NCBI RefSeq assembly: GCF_009914755.1 | Contig: NC_060937.1 | DNA length: 64,000 nt | From: the human T2T-CHM13v2.0 reference genome, Homo sapiens | Direction: 5' to 3' (one strand) | In this document: piece by piece, positions 1 through 21,323 of the stretch | Position numbering within the stretch: position 1 is the stretch's first letter | Layout: each line of letters starts with the position of its first letter | Position numbers and translations under genes: made by a program | Notes under the pieces: generated by a model | Seen by the model: the letters and a program-made list of their open reading frames with translations, nothing else | Databases searched by the model: none | Told to the model about the DNA's origin: nothing

Positions 1-37
1 CACGTCGCTGCATGTGGTGGCAATTCATTCATTCTTG

Positions 38-90
<53 letters not shown>

Positions 91-190
91 GATGTATCCA
101 ATGTTAATGAGGATGGACTTGTGACTATTTCCATTCTGGGGATACTAGAGATAGGGCTGTCATAAATGTTTCTGTACACGCCCTCTGTTG
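1..190 (-). mobile_element. Old L1 (L1M-type) 3' fragment containing a (TA)n microsatellite at ~41-85
   Basis: Text such as 'ttcattcattcttgtt...ctatttccattctggggatact...gctgtcataaatgtttctgtacacg' resembles antisense L1M 3' UTR; the perfect AT dinucleotide run is directly visible. Confidence 0.5.
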
Positions 191-836
191 AACAGATGTA
201 GTTCTGTTGGACGGCATAAGACATTTTTCATTTTCAATCTGAATTCTTCCTTCAGTTTGGTGAAAATTGCTGGAATTAATTCTTTCGTGATTTCTCCCTT
301 CTTCTCTTTTTTAAAATTTATTTTTTAACACAACATCAAGTTTCCTTTATCATCTATAATACAGTTATACCCAAACTTTCTAAGACCAAACAGACAGTCC
401 CCTGCCCAGAGCAGGAAATTCCAATGAGCCCCTAAAGACACACAAAGGTGAATGTGGAAGATCATAGTTCCAGCTGCAGGTCACAAGTCTTCCATTCAAA
501 CACTCCATGCTTTTCATTTCTGTTTGTTAAAGAAAGCGTCTTACAGGACGTTGTTGAAAATAATTTCATCCCAGACACCGGGTTTCTTCAATAATACACA
601 GCTCCATGAAATCTGTGTTTCCATCCGACTGACAGGAATACAAAGTAATTTTTATTGTTTTATTTTAATTTTTTGGTGGTATAGAGAAGTAAAACTATCA
701 GTCAGATTCCTTTAGTAATAAAGAAAAGGAGGGGAAAGAAAGCATTTGGGCTTTGCTGGATGCTGGTTTCTACTTGTCTGAGGGTATGACTTCAATAGTT
801 AAATCACCCTGACACCACTGCAGTAACTAGTACTAG

Positions 837-1676
<840 letters not shown>

Positions 1677-2981
1677 TGAGATGGCAGCTCCATCAGGCAT
1701 TCCAATTCACCCAGCCACTTATTCTCACAGAGGTGAGGGGAACAGGCATTAGGTTTTATTAGTCATGTTGTATTTGTAACCAGATGTGGCCTCGGCAGCT
1801 TATTTGAAGGCCATTGATCCTTTGAACACGTGTAGAGAAGCATGGCTGTCCTTCACTGACTGTCCATATCTGAGCATATTCAGCTACCATGGAAACTACG
1901 AAGGAAGGAAAAATATATTTACTCCAAAATTCATTTACTGGGAGTTTTAAGTGCCCTTTCTTCCACAGAGCCCCAGAGTAGTGCTAATGTGCTGGGGGCA
2001 GCTGTATTTTCCAGCATGAGCTCCCATCCTCTGAGGGTCCTGAAAAGGATTGGTCCTGGAGTCTTCATGAAAGGAATGAGGTGGAACATGTGTAGCCCCA
2101 AACCTGATAGTACGGGGAGTGGTGGGGGTGGCAGGGCAATGTTCACCACAGTGGTGGAGGATCACTTAGGGGTAGGCTGAAGTAGCTGCTGCAACAGGAG
2201 GAAGAGCTCATGGCAGTCCTGGAAAAGGCTCTAACTTGATCCCAGAGTATGTGGTTCCGTCCTTCTTTTTCTTTTCCTCTGGCTGCTTGAGATCTTCTTG
2301 ATTTCACGTTGAGTCTGTGGCGATTGCAATCAACTTATTAAAGGACTTCTCAGCAGCCATGTCTGTAGCCTGCCTTGTGGAAAACTGGGTGAAAGCACCC
2401 TGCTGCTTCTGCATTAGAGTGATGGTCAATCTCTCCTAACTGGTAGAAATGATTTCTCTGATCTGTTTCACCCAGACCATCCACGTCTAATGTGGTGAGA
2501 GTCTTGTCCTCTGGTGGGTCCAGATGAGGCATGGTTGAAGTCTGCTTTAGAAGCTTATCAGCTATAGGGTCATTGATTCCATAATATGAGTCTTCAACAT
2601 TTTGATCAGCAAGGGGATCATCCAGATCTGTAGGCTTCTTCTGTCTGTAGGGACGCTCCTCTTTTCTCTGACACTCTCCTTTCACCTAGCAGGAGCAAAT
2701 GTGAGGCTGATTCCTTTGATAGTAGGGTATGGTCCAGGCCAGTTTGAGCAGCACGACACTGGGGGATGTGTCTTTCCCCAGCATGCTAATTAGACGTGTT
2801 CCATCAGAGTTACAGATCTCTCTCCATATTCTGTGTGTAGAACCCTCGGTTGACATCTGACTTTGGCACATTACTTTCAAAAGACAATGCTGTGTCATGA
2901 ACCTGGATGTGCTGGCCACACTCTACGTCTAAGAGGCAGGTCTGACATTCTCCAATTTACTGCAAATTTGGCACACTTTAG

Positions 2982-3295
<314 letters not shown>

Positions 3296-3376
3296 TAAAA
3301 AAGCATGTGGACCCCAGGGCACCAGTGAAACACTGGGAATGGCCTGGCACAGAGACTGCATTCCTTCTTGTATGTT

Positions 3377-5839
<2,463 letters not shown>

Positions 5840-5939
5840 TAAAACCCAGAGAGGTCACCATCTTGAGAGCGTCTGAGGTGGGAAGTGGGACTCTCCGAGT
5901 CCTGGTGTCTTCCCCTGTAAAGGAGGAGAACTTACATGT

Positions 5940-6080
5940 CACCCACCTGATCAAATCAGGCCCATCCAGGAGAGTACTCCTGTTGATTAATTTAAGGACT
6001 TGGAACTTCACATCAACCAAATCCCTTCAGGGCAGCACCTGAACTAGCTTTGTTTGGATACCAGGGAGAGGGTGTGTCTG
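5940..6080 (-). mobile_element. ERVL/MaLR LTR fragment (MLT2-like)
   Basis: 'caggcccatccaggagag..ttgattaatttaagg..caaatcccttcagggcagcacct' resembles antisense MLT2 consensus. Confidence 0.5.
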
Positions 6081-6714
6081 ATTTCAACTAGGGCAGGGAT
6101 GCTAAAAGATTCTGGGCCCTGAAGCCCCAACTGCAAAATAAGTCTGTCAAGGTCTCTAAAAATGTACACCCATGATTTCTGATTTATTTCCCTACCTTAT
6201 TGAGAGTTTACAGTCAAACAGGAATGCCCAAAACTCCAGCCTCTATAAAACGAACTGAAATTAGCAGTTTTTCCTTCAATCTGGAATCAAAATAATTCAG
6301 GCATAAAGGGTCTTTCCCATGGACAACAGCAATAGCATCCTTAAAGCAACTCTGCTTATATTGTCCTTGGTATTGAGATCAAACCTCCATTCAGAGCTTT
6401 ACTGGTCTGAGATTTTCTTTCTGGGGATGGGCATCTGGAATGGTTGCACTCAACTCTCAGCTAGATGTGTCTGCACCCACACCTGCAGGTGACTGCCATG
6501 TGGGCAGGTTACCCACCCTGGCAGGTCCTAGCGATGTCTCTCTGCCTGGGATTGAACATGCAAGTCAGAGGTTCTGAACCAACCACTCCTCACCTCAGAA
6601 TGTCCACTTCTGCCCCAAAAGTGAGATAGTGGGAGCCTTCCAGTGATCCACTGGCCTTCATCTCTGTTTCCTAGCCACAGTTCCTCAAGCCCTAGGAACG
6701 GCCAGACCAATAAG

Positions 6715-7215
6715 GGTATCTTGCTTTGCTAATGAGATGACTAATGGCTGGGGACCCCTAAGTAGCTTCAGGATGGAGGCTGGCACCAGAAAGAACAAGG
6801 CAAGATTGGAGAGTTAGAATTTCAGTCTCACTCCCCCAACCTCCGGGGAGGGAAGAGGGGCGGAAGGTTGAGTTGATCAGCAATAGGCAATGATGTAGTC
6901 CATCATGCCTATGTAATGACGCTTCCATAAAACCCTCAAAGGACTGGGTTCGCAGAGCTTCCAGACAGCTGAAAACGTGGAGGTTCCTGGAACGTGGTGC
7001 CCCTGAAAAGGGCATGGAAGCTCTGCACCCTTCCCCCACACCTGGCCCTATGCATCTTTCCCATCTGTTCCTCTGTATCCACTATAATAAATAGGTCAAC
7101 ATAAGTAAAATGTTTTCCTGAGCTCTGTAAGCTGCTCTGTCAAATCAATCGAACCTGAGGAGAAGGAGGTGGGAACGCCTGATTTGTAGCTGGTGGGTCA
7201 GAAGAATAGGTAATC
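6715..7215 (+). mobile_element. MER21-type LTR fragment
   Basis: Characteristic text 'agcttcaggatggaggctgg', 'catgcctatgtaatgacgcttccataaaaccc', 'gggcatggaagctctgcacccttccccca..cctatgcatct'. Confidence 0.8.
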
Positions 7216-7595
7216 ACTTAAAGATTTACCTCCATTTTTATTCCTGAGCTTTCTCTGCAACTGCAGGGCCCAATCCAGGACAGGCAGAGAACTGGCGCTT
7301 ACTGTGCTCTGTTGGAATTCAGGTAAGTCAGGAGGCGCCTCGATGTAGAAACGTGTTCCTCTGCACTCCTGGCCTCCAATCTTTTATATAGCCTCTGATC
7401 TTGTTTTAGGTTGCAATATCTTCTCTCTTAAAAAAACTATTTTTTTTCTTATGTTCCCTGTCATGTCTTGTTTCAGTTCTTTTTCTTCTGTTTGCATTGA
7501 TTTCCATTTCAGCTGGGCAGCTTTCCCCACATGCATGGTGATCCTTGGCTACCTAGTCGGATTTGAGAGCGAGGCATTTAAAATGCTGATGGATG

Positions 7596-7690
7596 TGAGG
7601 CTGAGGATGGAGGATTGCTTGAGCCAGGAGTTCAAGGTCAGCCTGGGCAATACAGTGAGACCCTATCTCAAAACAAAACGACAATAACAA
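7596..7690 (+). mobile_element. Truncated Alu monomer (FLAM/AluJ-like)
   Basis: 'gaggctgaggatggaggattgcttgagccaggagttcaagg..cagcctgggcaa..gagaccctatctcaaaa'. Confidence 0.75.
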
Positions 7691-7983
7691 ATGCTAACTC
7701 TGTGTGAGGGTGTTGTCACTGGGTGATGAATTAGAGTGCCGGCTGCTCTATTGAGAATAACTGAATATTATTATTATTAATATATTAATAATATTAATAT
7801 TATTCTGTTATTCATATAAATCTGGCAGCATAGTTTTGTCAGAAAGGAATCCTCCAACCTGGGCCCCATGTAATAGAAGAGGTTGACAGATCTCAGCAGT
7901 CACTTGAAGAATTCTACTCACTTCCTGTTTTTCTGCAAAAGAATCCATCCCATTCTCAGCAGTGCCCAGTATTCCTGAGTCTA

Positions 7984-8813
<830 letters not shown>

Positions 8814-8892
8814 AACCTCACGTTTTATACTTGGGGAGAAGTGGTTTCCTAACTACACTGTTGAGGAGGGAATCTGGAAGTGTGATTTTCCT

Positions 8893-9185
8893 CTTTTTTT
8901 AGAGACTGGGTCTTGCTCTGTTGTCCAAGCTATAGTTCAGTGGAACAATTAAAGCTCACTGCTGCCTTAACCTACTGGGCTCAAGTGGTGCTCCCAGTTC
9001 AGCCTTCTGAGTAACTGGAACTACAGGCGGGTGCCACCATGCCCAGCTAATTTTTGTATTTCTTCTTAGAGATGGGGTCTTGCTATGTTGTCCAGACTTG
9101 TCTTGAACTCCTGGCCTCAACTGATCCTCCTACCTCAGCCTTTCAAAGTGCTGGGATTACAGGCATAAGCCACCATGCCCAGTCC
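8893..9185 (-). mobile_element. AluJ element
   Basis: Diverged antisense dimer with 'gggtcttgctatgttg' and 'ctcctggcctcaa'. Confidence 0.88.
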
Positions 9186-10051
9186 AGTTTAATTATTCTT
9201 TATACAATATTTCATTAATTATTGAATTTTCAATCCTACCGTGAATCCACCTTTAGGGGTACCTGAAGGCTCCCCTTTCTTGAAACTTGACTCTTAACTA
9301 ACCCCCTACAACACACACATTTGTAGGTGTAGGTTTCATGCTGTTAATTACCACTGGTCCATGTGTCTCCCATCTTTCAAAACATTCTTTATCCCTATCC
9401 TACTCCTTCAGCATTACTGATGGGTTTTCAGCAAGGAGCAGAGATAATGTGTGTGGCCCATGCCAAGCCTGAAGTCCTCCTGAGATGTTATTCACATAAC
9501 TCATGACAAAGGCAATGGGGAAAAAGTGTTCTGCTGCTTAGCTTTGTCAGGTTTTGTCCAAGGTTTGCTTAGTTACAGTTTTAAGAAAATTTTATCATCT
9601 CTGATTTCTTTATATTCCATTGTTTTATTCTTTTCCCAAATATTATTTGAGAACTTACTACAGGTAAGGCACTGCTCCAGTTTTAAGTTTTCTCACTTTA
9701 CCCTCCCATTTCATAAAAAATATTGTTGCTAAACATTTTCAGTGAAAGTTTAATAATTATGTATGTTGGCAAAACCTCATGAACAAAACACAGGGCAAGC
9801 TTATTTTCAACTGACTCAAGATTGGTTTCCTCTACCCACAGCCTTAAGCCGAGTCAAGAGCTGAGCCCATTCCATAGATGCTAAACCTCAGCCAACCTTA
9901 ACCTGTGAATATGAGAACAGATACGTGTTGATACAAACCACTGAGTTTGGGGTGGTTTGCTATAGAGCATTATGTTGTCTGTCTAACACCATGGGAAAAG
10001 AGTCCTTACAAACAGGACTTTAGATTTTTTTTTTTTTTAATACAAAGATAT

Positions 10052-10328
10052 GGCTAGGCACAGTGGCTCACTTTGGGAGGCCAAGGCTGGTGGATCACTT
10101 GAAGTCAGGAGTTTGAGACCAGCCTGGCCAATGTGGTGAAACCCCGTCTCTACTAAAAATACAAAAATCAGCCAGGCGTGGTGGCACACACTTGTGATCC
10201 CAGCTGCTTGGGAGGCTGAAGCAGGGAGGATTGCTTGAACCCGGGAGGCAGAGGCTGCAGTGAGCCAAGATTGTGCCACTGGAGTCCAGCCTGAGCAACA
10301 GAGTGAGTGAGACTCTGTCTCAAAAAAA
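10052..10328 (+). mobile_element. AluS element with a short 5' internal deletion
   Basis: Sense Alu lacking 'gcctgtaatcccagca'; TSD aaagatatgg on both sides. Confidence 0.9.
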
Positions 10329-10488
10329 GATATGGGTTAGTCAATATGTTTAGGAGAAAATAAAAGTTATCATTCTACAACATAAAATGCTATTTTATTG
10401 CTTGTTGCATTTTATCTAATGGTGTTTTTCTAAGAAAATTTGCAATAGGAATACCACTGTTTCAGGTTTTAAAATGATCATAAGCACC

Positions 10489-10862
10489 TGATAGAGTTTG
10501 GCTGTGTCCTCACCCAAATCTCATCTTGAATTGTAGTTCCCATAATCCCCACGTGTTGTGGGAGGGACCAGTGGGAGGTAATTGAATCATGGGGGTGGTT
10601 ACCCTCATGCTGTTCTTGTGATACTGAGTGAATTCTCATGAGATCTGACGGTTTTATAAGGGGCTTTCCTGCTTTTGCTCGGCACTTCTCCTTCCTGTCG
10701 CCATGTAAAGAAAGACCTTTTTGGTTCCCCTTCCACCACGATTGTAAGTTTCCTGAGGCCTCCCCAGCCATGCTGAACTGTGAGTCAATTAAACTTCTTT
10801 CCTTTATAAATTACCCAGTCTTGGGTATATCTTTATTAACAGCACGAGAATGGACTAATACA
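10489..10862 (+). mobile_element. Solo THE1 (THE1D/C-like) MaLR LTR
   Basis: TG...CA termini ('tgatagagtttggctgtgtcc'...'ggactaataca'), ATTAAA signal, and an exact 5-bp TSD gcacc at 10484-10488 and 10863-10867. Confidence 0.93.
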
Positions 10863-11416
10863 GCACCTGACTAGGAAACTAATATTTTCCTTTCATTTGA
10901 AAAGGATATTTCATTAGCGAACAGTGTCTATTACACAAGTTACATCAAGATCTGTGTGCCTCTTTCCAAAAGATAAATTACAAGCATTGTTACAAAATAA
11001 AAGAGTATGCGGTTTGCAAAATTCTTATGATGGGAGCCCTTCTCTGCCCAGAATTATGCTTGCTTGCCTCTTAATGCTTCCACTAATTATGATGAGATGT
11101 CACTCAGAACCTACAGTTTCTGCCTTGGGGGACGTATAAGAATGTCAGAACACCTCTCCATGGTATCAGGTGCCTGCAGAGCTTTGCTGTGGGTTATGGA
11201 CCAACTCCTCAGTATCTGTTCCTAAGACCAAATGAACCACGCTATCTTGGAAGTGCTGGTCTTGGACAGTAAAGGACATTGTGCAGACAGCTGGAAGCGG
11301 TCCCTATTAACATTGTCCCTGATAGTGAATAAAGGGACGGTGTGAGTTCCTTTGGGCTGCTTTCTTTCTTGATGTACTGAAACTTTAGTTTCAATGGAAT
11401 CAAAAGAATCAGAGAC

Positions 11417-11697
11417 GCTGGGTGCAATGGCTCACACCTGTAATCTCAACACTTTGGGAGGCCAAGTAGGAGGAACTCTTGTGCCCAGGAGTTCAACACC
11501 AGCCTGGGCAACAGAGTGAGACCCCATCTCTACAAAAAATAAGAAAAATAGCTGGTCATGCTGGTATACACCTGTGGTCCCAGCTACTCAGGTGCTCGCT
11601 TGGGTCCAGGAGGTCAAGGGTGCAGTGAGCCGTAATTGAGCCACTGAACTCCAGCCTAGGTGACAGAGTGAGATACTGTCTGAATAAATAAATAAAT
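11417..11697 (+). mobile_element. AluJ element with (AATA)n tail
   Basis: Diverged sense Alu dimer. Confidence 0.88.
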
Positions 11698-11816
11698 ACG
11701 AATGTCTGACCAGATTGGGGCAGCATCTCTGTATTTGACAGATTCTAAAACAACAACTTAGTAATAAACTCTATCACTCTTACAGTAATAGTGATAGTGT
11801 TCAGAGTAATAAACAG

Positions 11817-12415
<599 letters not shown>

Positions 12416-14068
12416 ACAAACACTATTTTTTAAAGCATGTGATGTTAGATTCTTTTATAAATTAATATTCAAACTCACTAGAAAGACTCTGGAATATGTG
12501 TATGTGTGTGTACTAGTTTTTAAAATCCTATATTTTCCTTAACATTAAATTGAAACTCATTACAAAACAAAGGTTAATACTAGTGCTGTCATGACTATCA
12601 GGAGCTATGACATCCTTTTAGGAAGTCATGTATGTTCATTTGTCCATTTGTTCATTCATGTATGTAAAAGTTACAGAACACTGACATTGTGCTAGGGACC
12701 AATCTAAACACTGGGAACACAAAGGTGGGTGGCTTTCAAGGGGCTATCTAAAGTCCAAAGAGGAAAGCAGACAACGAGAAGCTATTACCAGTGTGAGCAG
12801 TGCTAACGACTGAATGGAATGAGAGTACATATCCTCCCTGACATGGTGGGGAGGGATGTCAAAGGAAGGCTCTTAGACATAGAATCTAAATCGAGTCCTC
12901 GTGTTTGTCGTACTTCCTTAATGTAGGGATTCTCTCTGTGTAACTACCTATCATTCATTTGCCTCTTTGCTCAGTTCACTACCCACCAGAGGAACTGCTC
13001 CCATGCCGAGGGACCCTCGGATGACACACTCGGGCCACCTCCTCTTTTGCCTGTGTGTCTGCAATATCTAGGTGAGCTTGGCTTTGGTACCATATCTGTT
13101 CTGTCATTCCTGCTCCAAAACATAAGACTCACTCCCAAGAGGAAATTTTTGCATTTGAAAATTCAAGTTGTATGAAATATAAATGTTTCCTACTTTGTAC
13201 GTTCTTTAAATTCATGTGTCATATATTACATTTACTAAGAAGTAGAAATACATGTACTTTCTAAACTGAGAAAACTAGCTGGTGGAAGACAAAACTGATT
13301 CTAAACACATCTGATAGATTCTAAAAAGTGAAGGTACTTTAAGTGGCACTACCCTGGCACATGTTCACTTTAGATTGCCAGGTAAACCAGCCCAACAGGT
13401 GTTAGGAGACAGATGTTCACCAAATGCTTAGCCCTCAGGGAGAAAACATTAAAATATACAACATATTTCCCCCGAGTATCAGCAACTGAAGAAAGCATTT
13501 TACCATCTACTATCATGATTTCTAAACACAGTTTAAAAAATTTTATCGAATACCTACTATAATGCAAGCAGTACTAGTTATGGTGATAAAAGATAAATAA
13601 ACCCCTGATGTATAAACTAAGCACCTTAATTCATTATTTCATGGTTAAATACATTCTAAAACTAATTTTTTTCCTCCGCAAGTCTTCCTTCTCTTTGGGG
13701 TTTAAAAGGCTCATCACTGAACTGAACCAAGTCCATCTTAGGAACTCACTGAGTATAGGGGATTGCCAAGTCCTGTTGACTCTTCTGCCCTCTGCAGTTT
13801 CAAAGCTGTCTTCACTTTATCTTGGCACCATTTTCCGGTAGGCCTATAGAACCTGTAACCTTAAATACCATAACATAAAAACTAAACTTCTTGCCACAGT
13901 TTTGGCCTTTTCTAATCCATTCTTATTAAACTGCTGCTAAAGTGACCATTTAAACACAAAAGATGCATGAAATTATTCAATGTCACCCAGGCCTCTAGGA
14001 TGCAGCCCAACACTCTAGCACAGATCACTCCCTTTTCTTGTCTCATTTTTGTTGCTTCTCTATCATGA

Positions 14069-14392
<324 letters not shown>

Positions 14393-14514
14393 AATCGCTG
14401 CAATTTTAAAAATGCCCCAAGCGTCCTCAGGTATTGGTGTCCCTCTCACAAGCCCATCCCAGACTGCTCCTCCCCAACCCCTGCCCATGGCCCTCAATTA
14501 ATTTTCTCCTCTCC

Positions 14515-14790
14515 TTTTTTTATTTCAGAAAATTTAAAAAAGTTGTAAGATTAGTGCAATAAACACACACATATCCTTTAGTTATATTCACCAGTTATTA
14601 ACATTTTGCTACATTTGTGTTCACTTGCTTTTCCCCATCCCCAAATATTTACTTTGCTGAATCATTTGAGAGTAAGTTGCAGACATTATGACACTTTACT
14701 CTTAAATTTTTCAGCAAGTATCTCCTAAAAATAGGACACTCTCTTACATAACCACAAGGATCATACTTAGGAAATTTAATATTGAAATAC
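14515..14790 (-). mobile_element. L1MC4/5-like 3' fragment
   Basis: 'ctgaatcatttgagagtaagttgcagacat..tatctcctaaaaataggac..cttacataaccac' is typical of old L1MC 3' ends. Confidence 0.7.
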
Positions 14791-15249
14791 TAAAATTTAA
14801 TTTGAATATAGAGTTGATGCTCATATTTCTCCTCAGTTGGCTGACTTCTATTTATCTTTCAAGACTAAGCTCTAGGAAAATGACCTCCCTTCTCCCCACA
14901 CCCCCTCTCTGTCCACACACAGAATACACTGGGTATCTCTCTTCGATACTTTTACTACCTTTTTGTATACTTCTATTGAAGCACTTAGCACACACTATCA
15001 TATTGTCTATTTTCTTTTCTGTCGTATCTGAGACTCAGCTAGACCCATTTTAATTCTTCTATCACTTCATATACTACCCAGCATTCGTTGGTGACTGAAT
15101 GGATAAATGAATGAATGAATGCATGATGAGACATTGAAGATTCTCATTCCACTCTCTCATTGTAACTGGTCATGTGTCTCTAAACATTCTGAGCAATATA
15201 TCACGTGTTCTCAATTTCACCTCTTATTTCAAACACTGCTATGGTACCC

Positions 15250-15735
15250 AGGTCTCTGTGGGCTTCTTCTACCTTGTGCGGATGCAACCTCACAGCACCT
15301 GCTTTTGGCCTCTGCCCCTAGTTTCTGGCCCCAGGGCTACATTGGAGCTGTGACACAGGAGTCCCATGGGAACCACTTGGCACTCAGATATGGACAATCT
15401 GGAAATGCAGGACAGTTAAGGCCTGTAAGCTTGCCCTGACCACTGAGGGACAGGAGCTCATAGAAAAAATGCTTGTCTCATTTTTAGCCCAGGGTGGCCA
15501 ATTCTGAGATGCATGTTAAAAGGTTCCTCAGAAGCTCCCACAGGATCAAGTAGCAGATATTCATAATGGTTGCCAATTTGAAAGGGACCCTTGGGTTGGC
15601 TTTCTCTCCTTCCGGGGGGTCATTCTTCTGTCTTATCACAGTCTATTCCTTGGTGTCACATTCCCAAATAAACTCCCTACCTACCTCCAAGTTGTTTGTA
15701 CAGGCTTTGCTTTCGGGAGAGCCCAGACTAAGACA
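15250..15735 (+). mobile_element. LTR16-type ERVL LTR
   Basis: 'caattctgagatgcat', 'cccaaataaactccct' and the terminus 'gctttgctttcgggagagcccagactaagaca'; 5' boundary uncertain. Confidence 0.7.
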
Positions 15736-15739
15736 ATGT

Positions 15740-15885
15740 GGTAACGTAAAAGACTGGTGGCTTGGGAGCCAGACAGACCTGACTTTGAAACCAAGTTTGC
15801 TCATTCACTAGCCATGACCTTGGGCACATAATTTAACTTCTCTCAGCCTCACTCTCTTCACTTTATAATGAAGATAATACTTTAT
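15740..15885 (+). mobile_element. MIR SINE
   Basis: 'ggagccagacagacctg..tgaccttgggc..ttaacttctctcagcctc' MIR core. Confidence 0.75.
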
Positions 15886-16065
15886 AGGAGTATGGTAATG
15901 ACTTCATAGGGGTATGGTAATTAGAAATTTACCAAATATATATATGAATAGAATATATACAACTTCCTTGAGTAATGATTGACTATAATAAACCACATTG
16001 AGTGTCTGTCCAGCTTAGGAGCCAACCTCACTCTTCCATTTCTCTTAAGATTCACTATTTGTCCC

Positions 16066-17883
<1,818 letters not shown>

Positions 17884-18519
17884 AAAATTTACTACTTGTC
17901 CCATCAGTTTCCTGGGATGGGTTCATGTACTCACAATTTTACTAGATTTTGTGACTATTAGCAACCACAATTCTAGCTACTGCATTGACTATTACACTAA
18001 TATACAGAATAAACAATGCCTATAATTATTTTTAAAAAGAATCATCCTAAATTTACAAAAAGACAAACCGCATTTCCATAATATATTGTCTAAATTTCAG
18101 GAAGAAATTCTCAACCTTTGAATGACAGATTTAAGAAAACTAGTTTAGATATCAATATCTCATTGGAATATGTTGTTTTGTTTATACCTCAGGTTTTCAA
18201 AGCTTTGGGACCTCAAAAGTAGTCCTTATTTAAAAACTGCTACTCGTAACCATAGTCTCCATCGTCAAAAAGGAATGTATAAGGATTATTATGCTTGAAA
18301 TATTAATCTGTATGGGTCTTACAAGATACTCCAGGTTGCTTATATGCTTAGTGGGAAATGAGAATTATTCAAAAGAAAAATTCTATTTTCCCAATGGGAG
18401 AAGTGTCCAAAAGTTTCAAAGATGTCAGAAAAATCAGCTTTTGGAAGCTGCTGCCACAATTGTCAATAAGCAGGAGATACCAGTATGTCTTCAAAGAGAG
18501 AATTCATTAAAACAAGTCA

Positions 18520-18825
<306 letters not shown>

Positions 18826-18842
18826 TCATTGATAGTATAACG

Positions 18843-19455
18843 AAGAGATATCTGCATCCCATGTCTACTGCAGCACTATTCTCAATAGCCAAGATATGGA
18901 GTCAACCTAGGTGTCCAACAACAGATGAATGAATGAAGAAAATGTGATATATACACACTATGGAGTATTATTCAGCCATAAAAAAGAGTGAAATCCCATC
19001 GTTGATGGAATATAGATGAAACTGGAGGACATTATTTTAAGTGAAAAAAGCCAGGAACAGAAAGTTAAACAGTGCATGTTCTCACTCATATGCGAAAGCT
19101 AAAAAAAGTTGATCTCATAGAAGTAAAAAGTAGGACAGAGGATACTAGAGGCTGGGATGAGAGTGACAGAGAGATTTGTTAAAAGATACAAAATTATAGC
19201 GAGATAAGAGAAATAAGTTCTAGTGTTCGACAGCACTGTAGAATGACTACAGTTAATAATAATACAATATATAGTTTCAAATAGCTGGAAGGATATTGCA
19301 CATTCTCAACATAAAGAAATGATAAACATATGAGATGGTGGATGTGCTAATTACCCTGATCTGATAACTATAAATTATATGTATGGAAATATAATTATGT
19401 GCTCTCAAGAATATGTACAATTGGTATTTGTCAATTTAAAAAATAAATTTAAAAA
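18843..19455 (+). mobile_element. L1MA-type 3' end (5'-truncated LINE-1)
   Basis: 'gcagcactattctcaatagccaagatatgga..caacctaggtgtcc', 'gcatgttctcactcatatg', 'gagaaataagttctagtgttc', with a terminal AATAAA. Confidence 0.88.
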
Positions 19456-21164
19456 CTGTATCATTGAATCCTTAAGATGCTAAAGTTCATTTACTTATAT
19501 AACAAATTAAAAAATTATTTCTTATGCTGTTTTTCAAAAATCATAGCTTTTATGACTTTACATAAATATATCTAAAATAATAATTGTATGATATGTTTTT
19601 GTAGTCTAATAAAATTTGCACTGAATTCCAATTTTTTAAGGGTATCTTTTTCCATGTTTTCATCTTTATTTTTATATGGGAAGTTCTAACTGAAATAAGT
19701 TGCTCCTCAGTTCTAGGAGTTAACCCTAAAAGTAATCAATGTGATCCTCCTCAACGCGAGTTCCAGAGCTAAAAAGAATGCCTAGTCTATGTTCCTTTGC
19801 GTTTTTGTTTTATTTTATTTAAATGTCTGTCTACCTGGTCCCCTTGATTAGGGAGCAAGCCTCCAAGGGTCAAAACCATGTTTCATGTCTCTGCGGCCCA
19901 GTGCCTAGCACAGAGCTCTGTCCATATCTGCACTCCAATAAATGTTGACCTAAGACTCTTACACTTACAGATTCACCTTGTAGATAAAAGGGCTTTGGAA
20001 GTCATCTAACCCATTCCCTTAACTCTCTATCCTACTTCACCAACAACCAGCTTTTGCAAGACACTTCCAGGGGAAGAGTCTATGCCGAGACAAATGATTT
20101 CATTAACCATCACAAAGCTAATTGTTACCTGATTCTTAAACTTGGTCCAACCTTGCCTCTTTTTAGTCTTTGACTGAATAGCTCTAGTTCTCACCTAAAG
20201 AGTTATATGAAATACAGTTCCAGAAAGAGAAGCGGATGTTAAGAAGAGAGCGAGACAGGGCACAGAATAGACTTGAACCTCATGTCTATCAATTCGGTAT
20301 GTGTTCATGTGGTTTCTGACTCTAGAACAGTTATGCCAGTGTCCCTGAGGTTCCTGTGCTTGGCTCCCTCCTTTTTTCACATGTCTGGCATCTCTTGTGT
20401 ATGCCTGAGAAGGATCCATGCTAAAATTGTAATGACATATATACCTAAATTAGCAGCATACAACTTCCAAAAACCGAGCCTATGCAAGAGCTATTAAAAA
20501 AAAAAGGATAATGAAGAGAACAGGATTTGAGTTGCTGCTTCTTGTGTTTCCCTTGGAGCCTTCCCAGGCAAATATGGATCAGAAAGCTTTTCTTGTCAAT
20601 TCTAATTTGTGGTAGTCTAGAAACTTAACCCTTGCTACTTTGATCGCCTGATTTCATCTTTCAATGGAAAGGTAAAAATGATAAAATAAAACAATATTCT
20701 AGATACACTGTTCTCTGTAATTTGATGCAATTCAGTTTATATTCACTTGGCAAAAGTGAACAGTGCTGAATTTTAAGAACTAGTGTCTATATCTTACATC
20801 TCATTCTTAGCCAAAAGTGTGGAGTTTAAAACCATTTGCTCACCAAGACCTCAGCAGAAAATTTTTTAAAAAAATAACTGAAATGAAAACATAAGTCATG
20901 TAAAAAAAGATTTTTTTTTTAAGATGAAAAAATGTTCAACCTTGCTGGCTTTAGAGAAATAGGCATTAAAATGTCTGGGCTTTTAGCAATAATCCTAGTT
21001 GTTAGTGAAACACCAAGTCTGTCTCTAACAGCCATGGGCTATGAAACCTTCCTTTTTCCAAAAAGACATTCTGACAGATAGAATCAAGCCATTCAAGTGT
21101 CCCCCAGATACTGCAAATGTTGATCCTCAAAACCCCAGGAGCTTTCTTTCCTTATTCCCCTAGA

Positions 21165-21323
21165 GCAATAGTTTTCAAGTGTGATCCTGAACTTGTTAGA
21201 AATGCAAATTCTTGGGCCCCACCCCAGACCCACTGAATCAGAAACTCTGGGAGTAGGGCCCAGAAATGAGTTTTTCACAAGCCTCCAAGGGATTCTGATG
21301 CACGGTAAAATTTGAGGACCACC
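21165..21323. mobile_element. MER5A hAT DNA transposon
   Basis: 'cttgttagaaatgcaaattcttgggccccaccccagacc..gaatcagaaactctgg..gattctgatgcac'. Confidence 0.88.
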
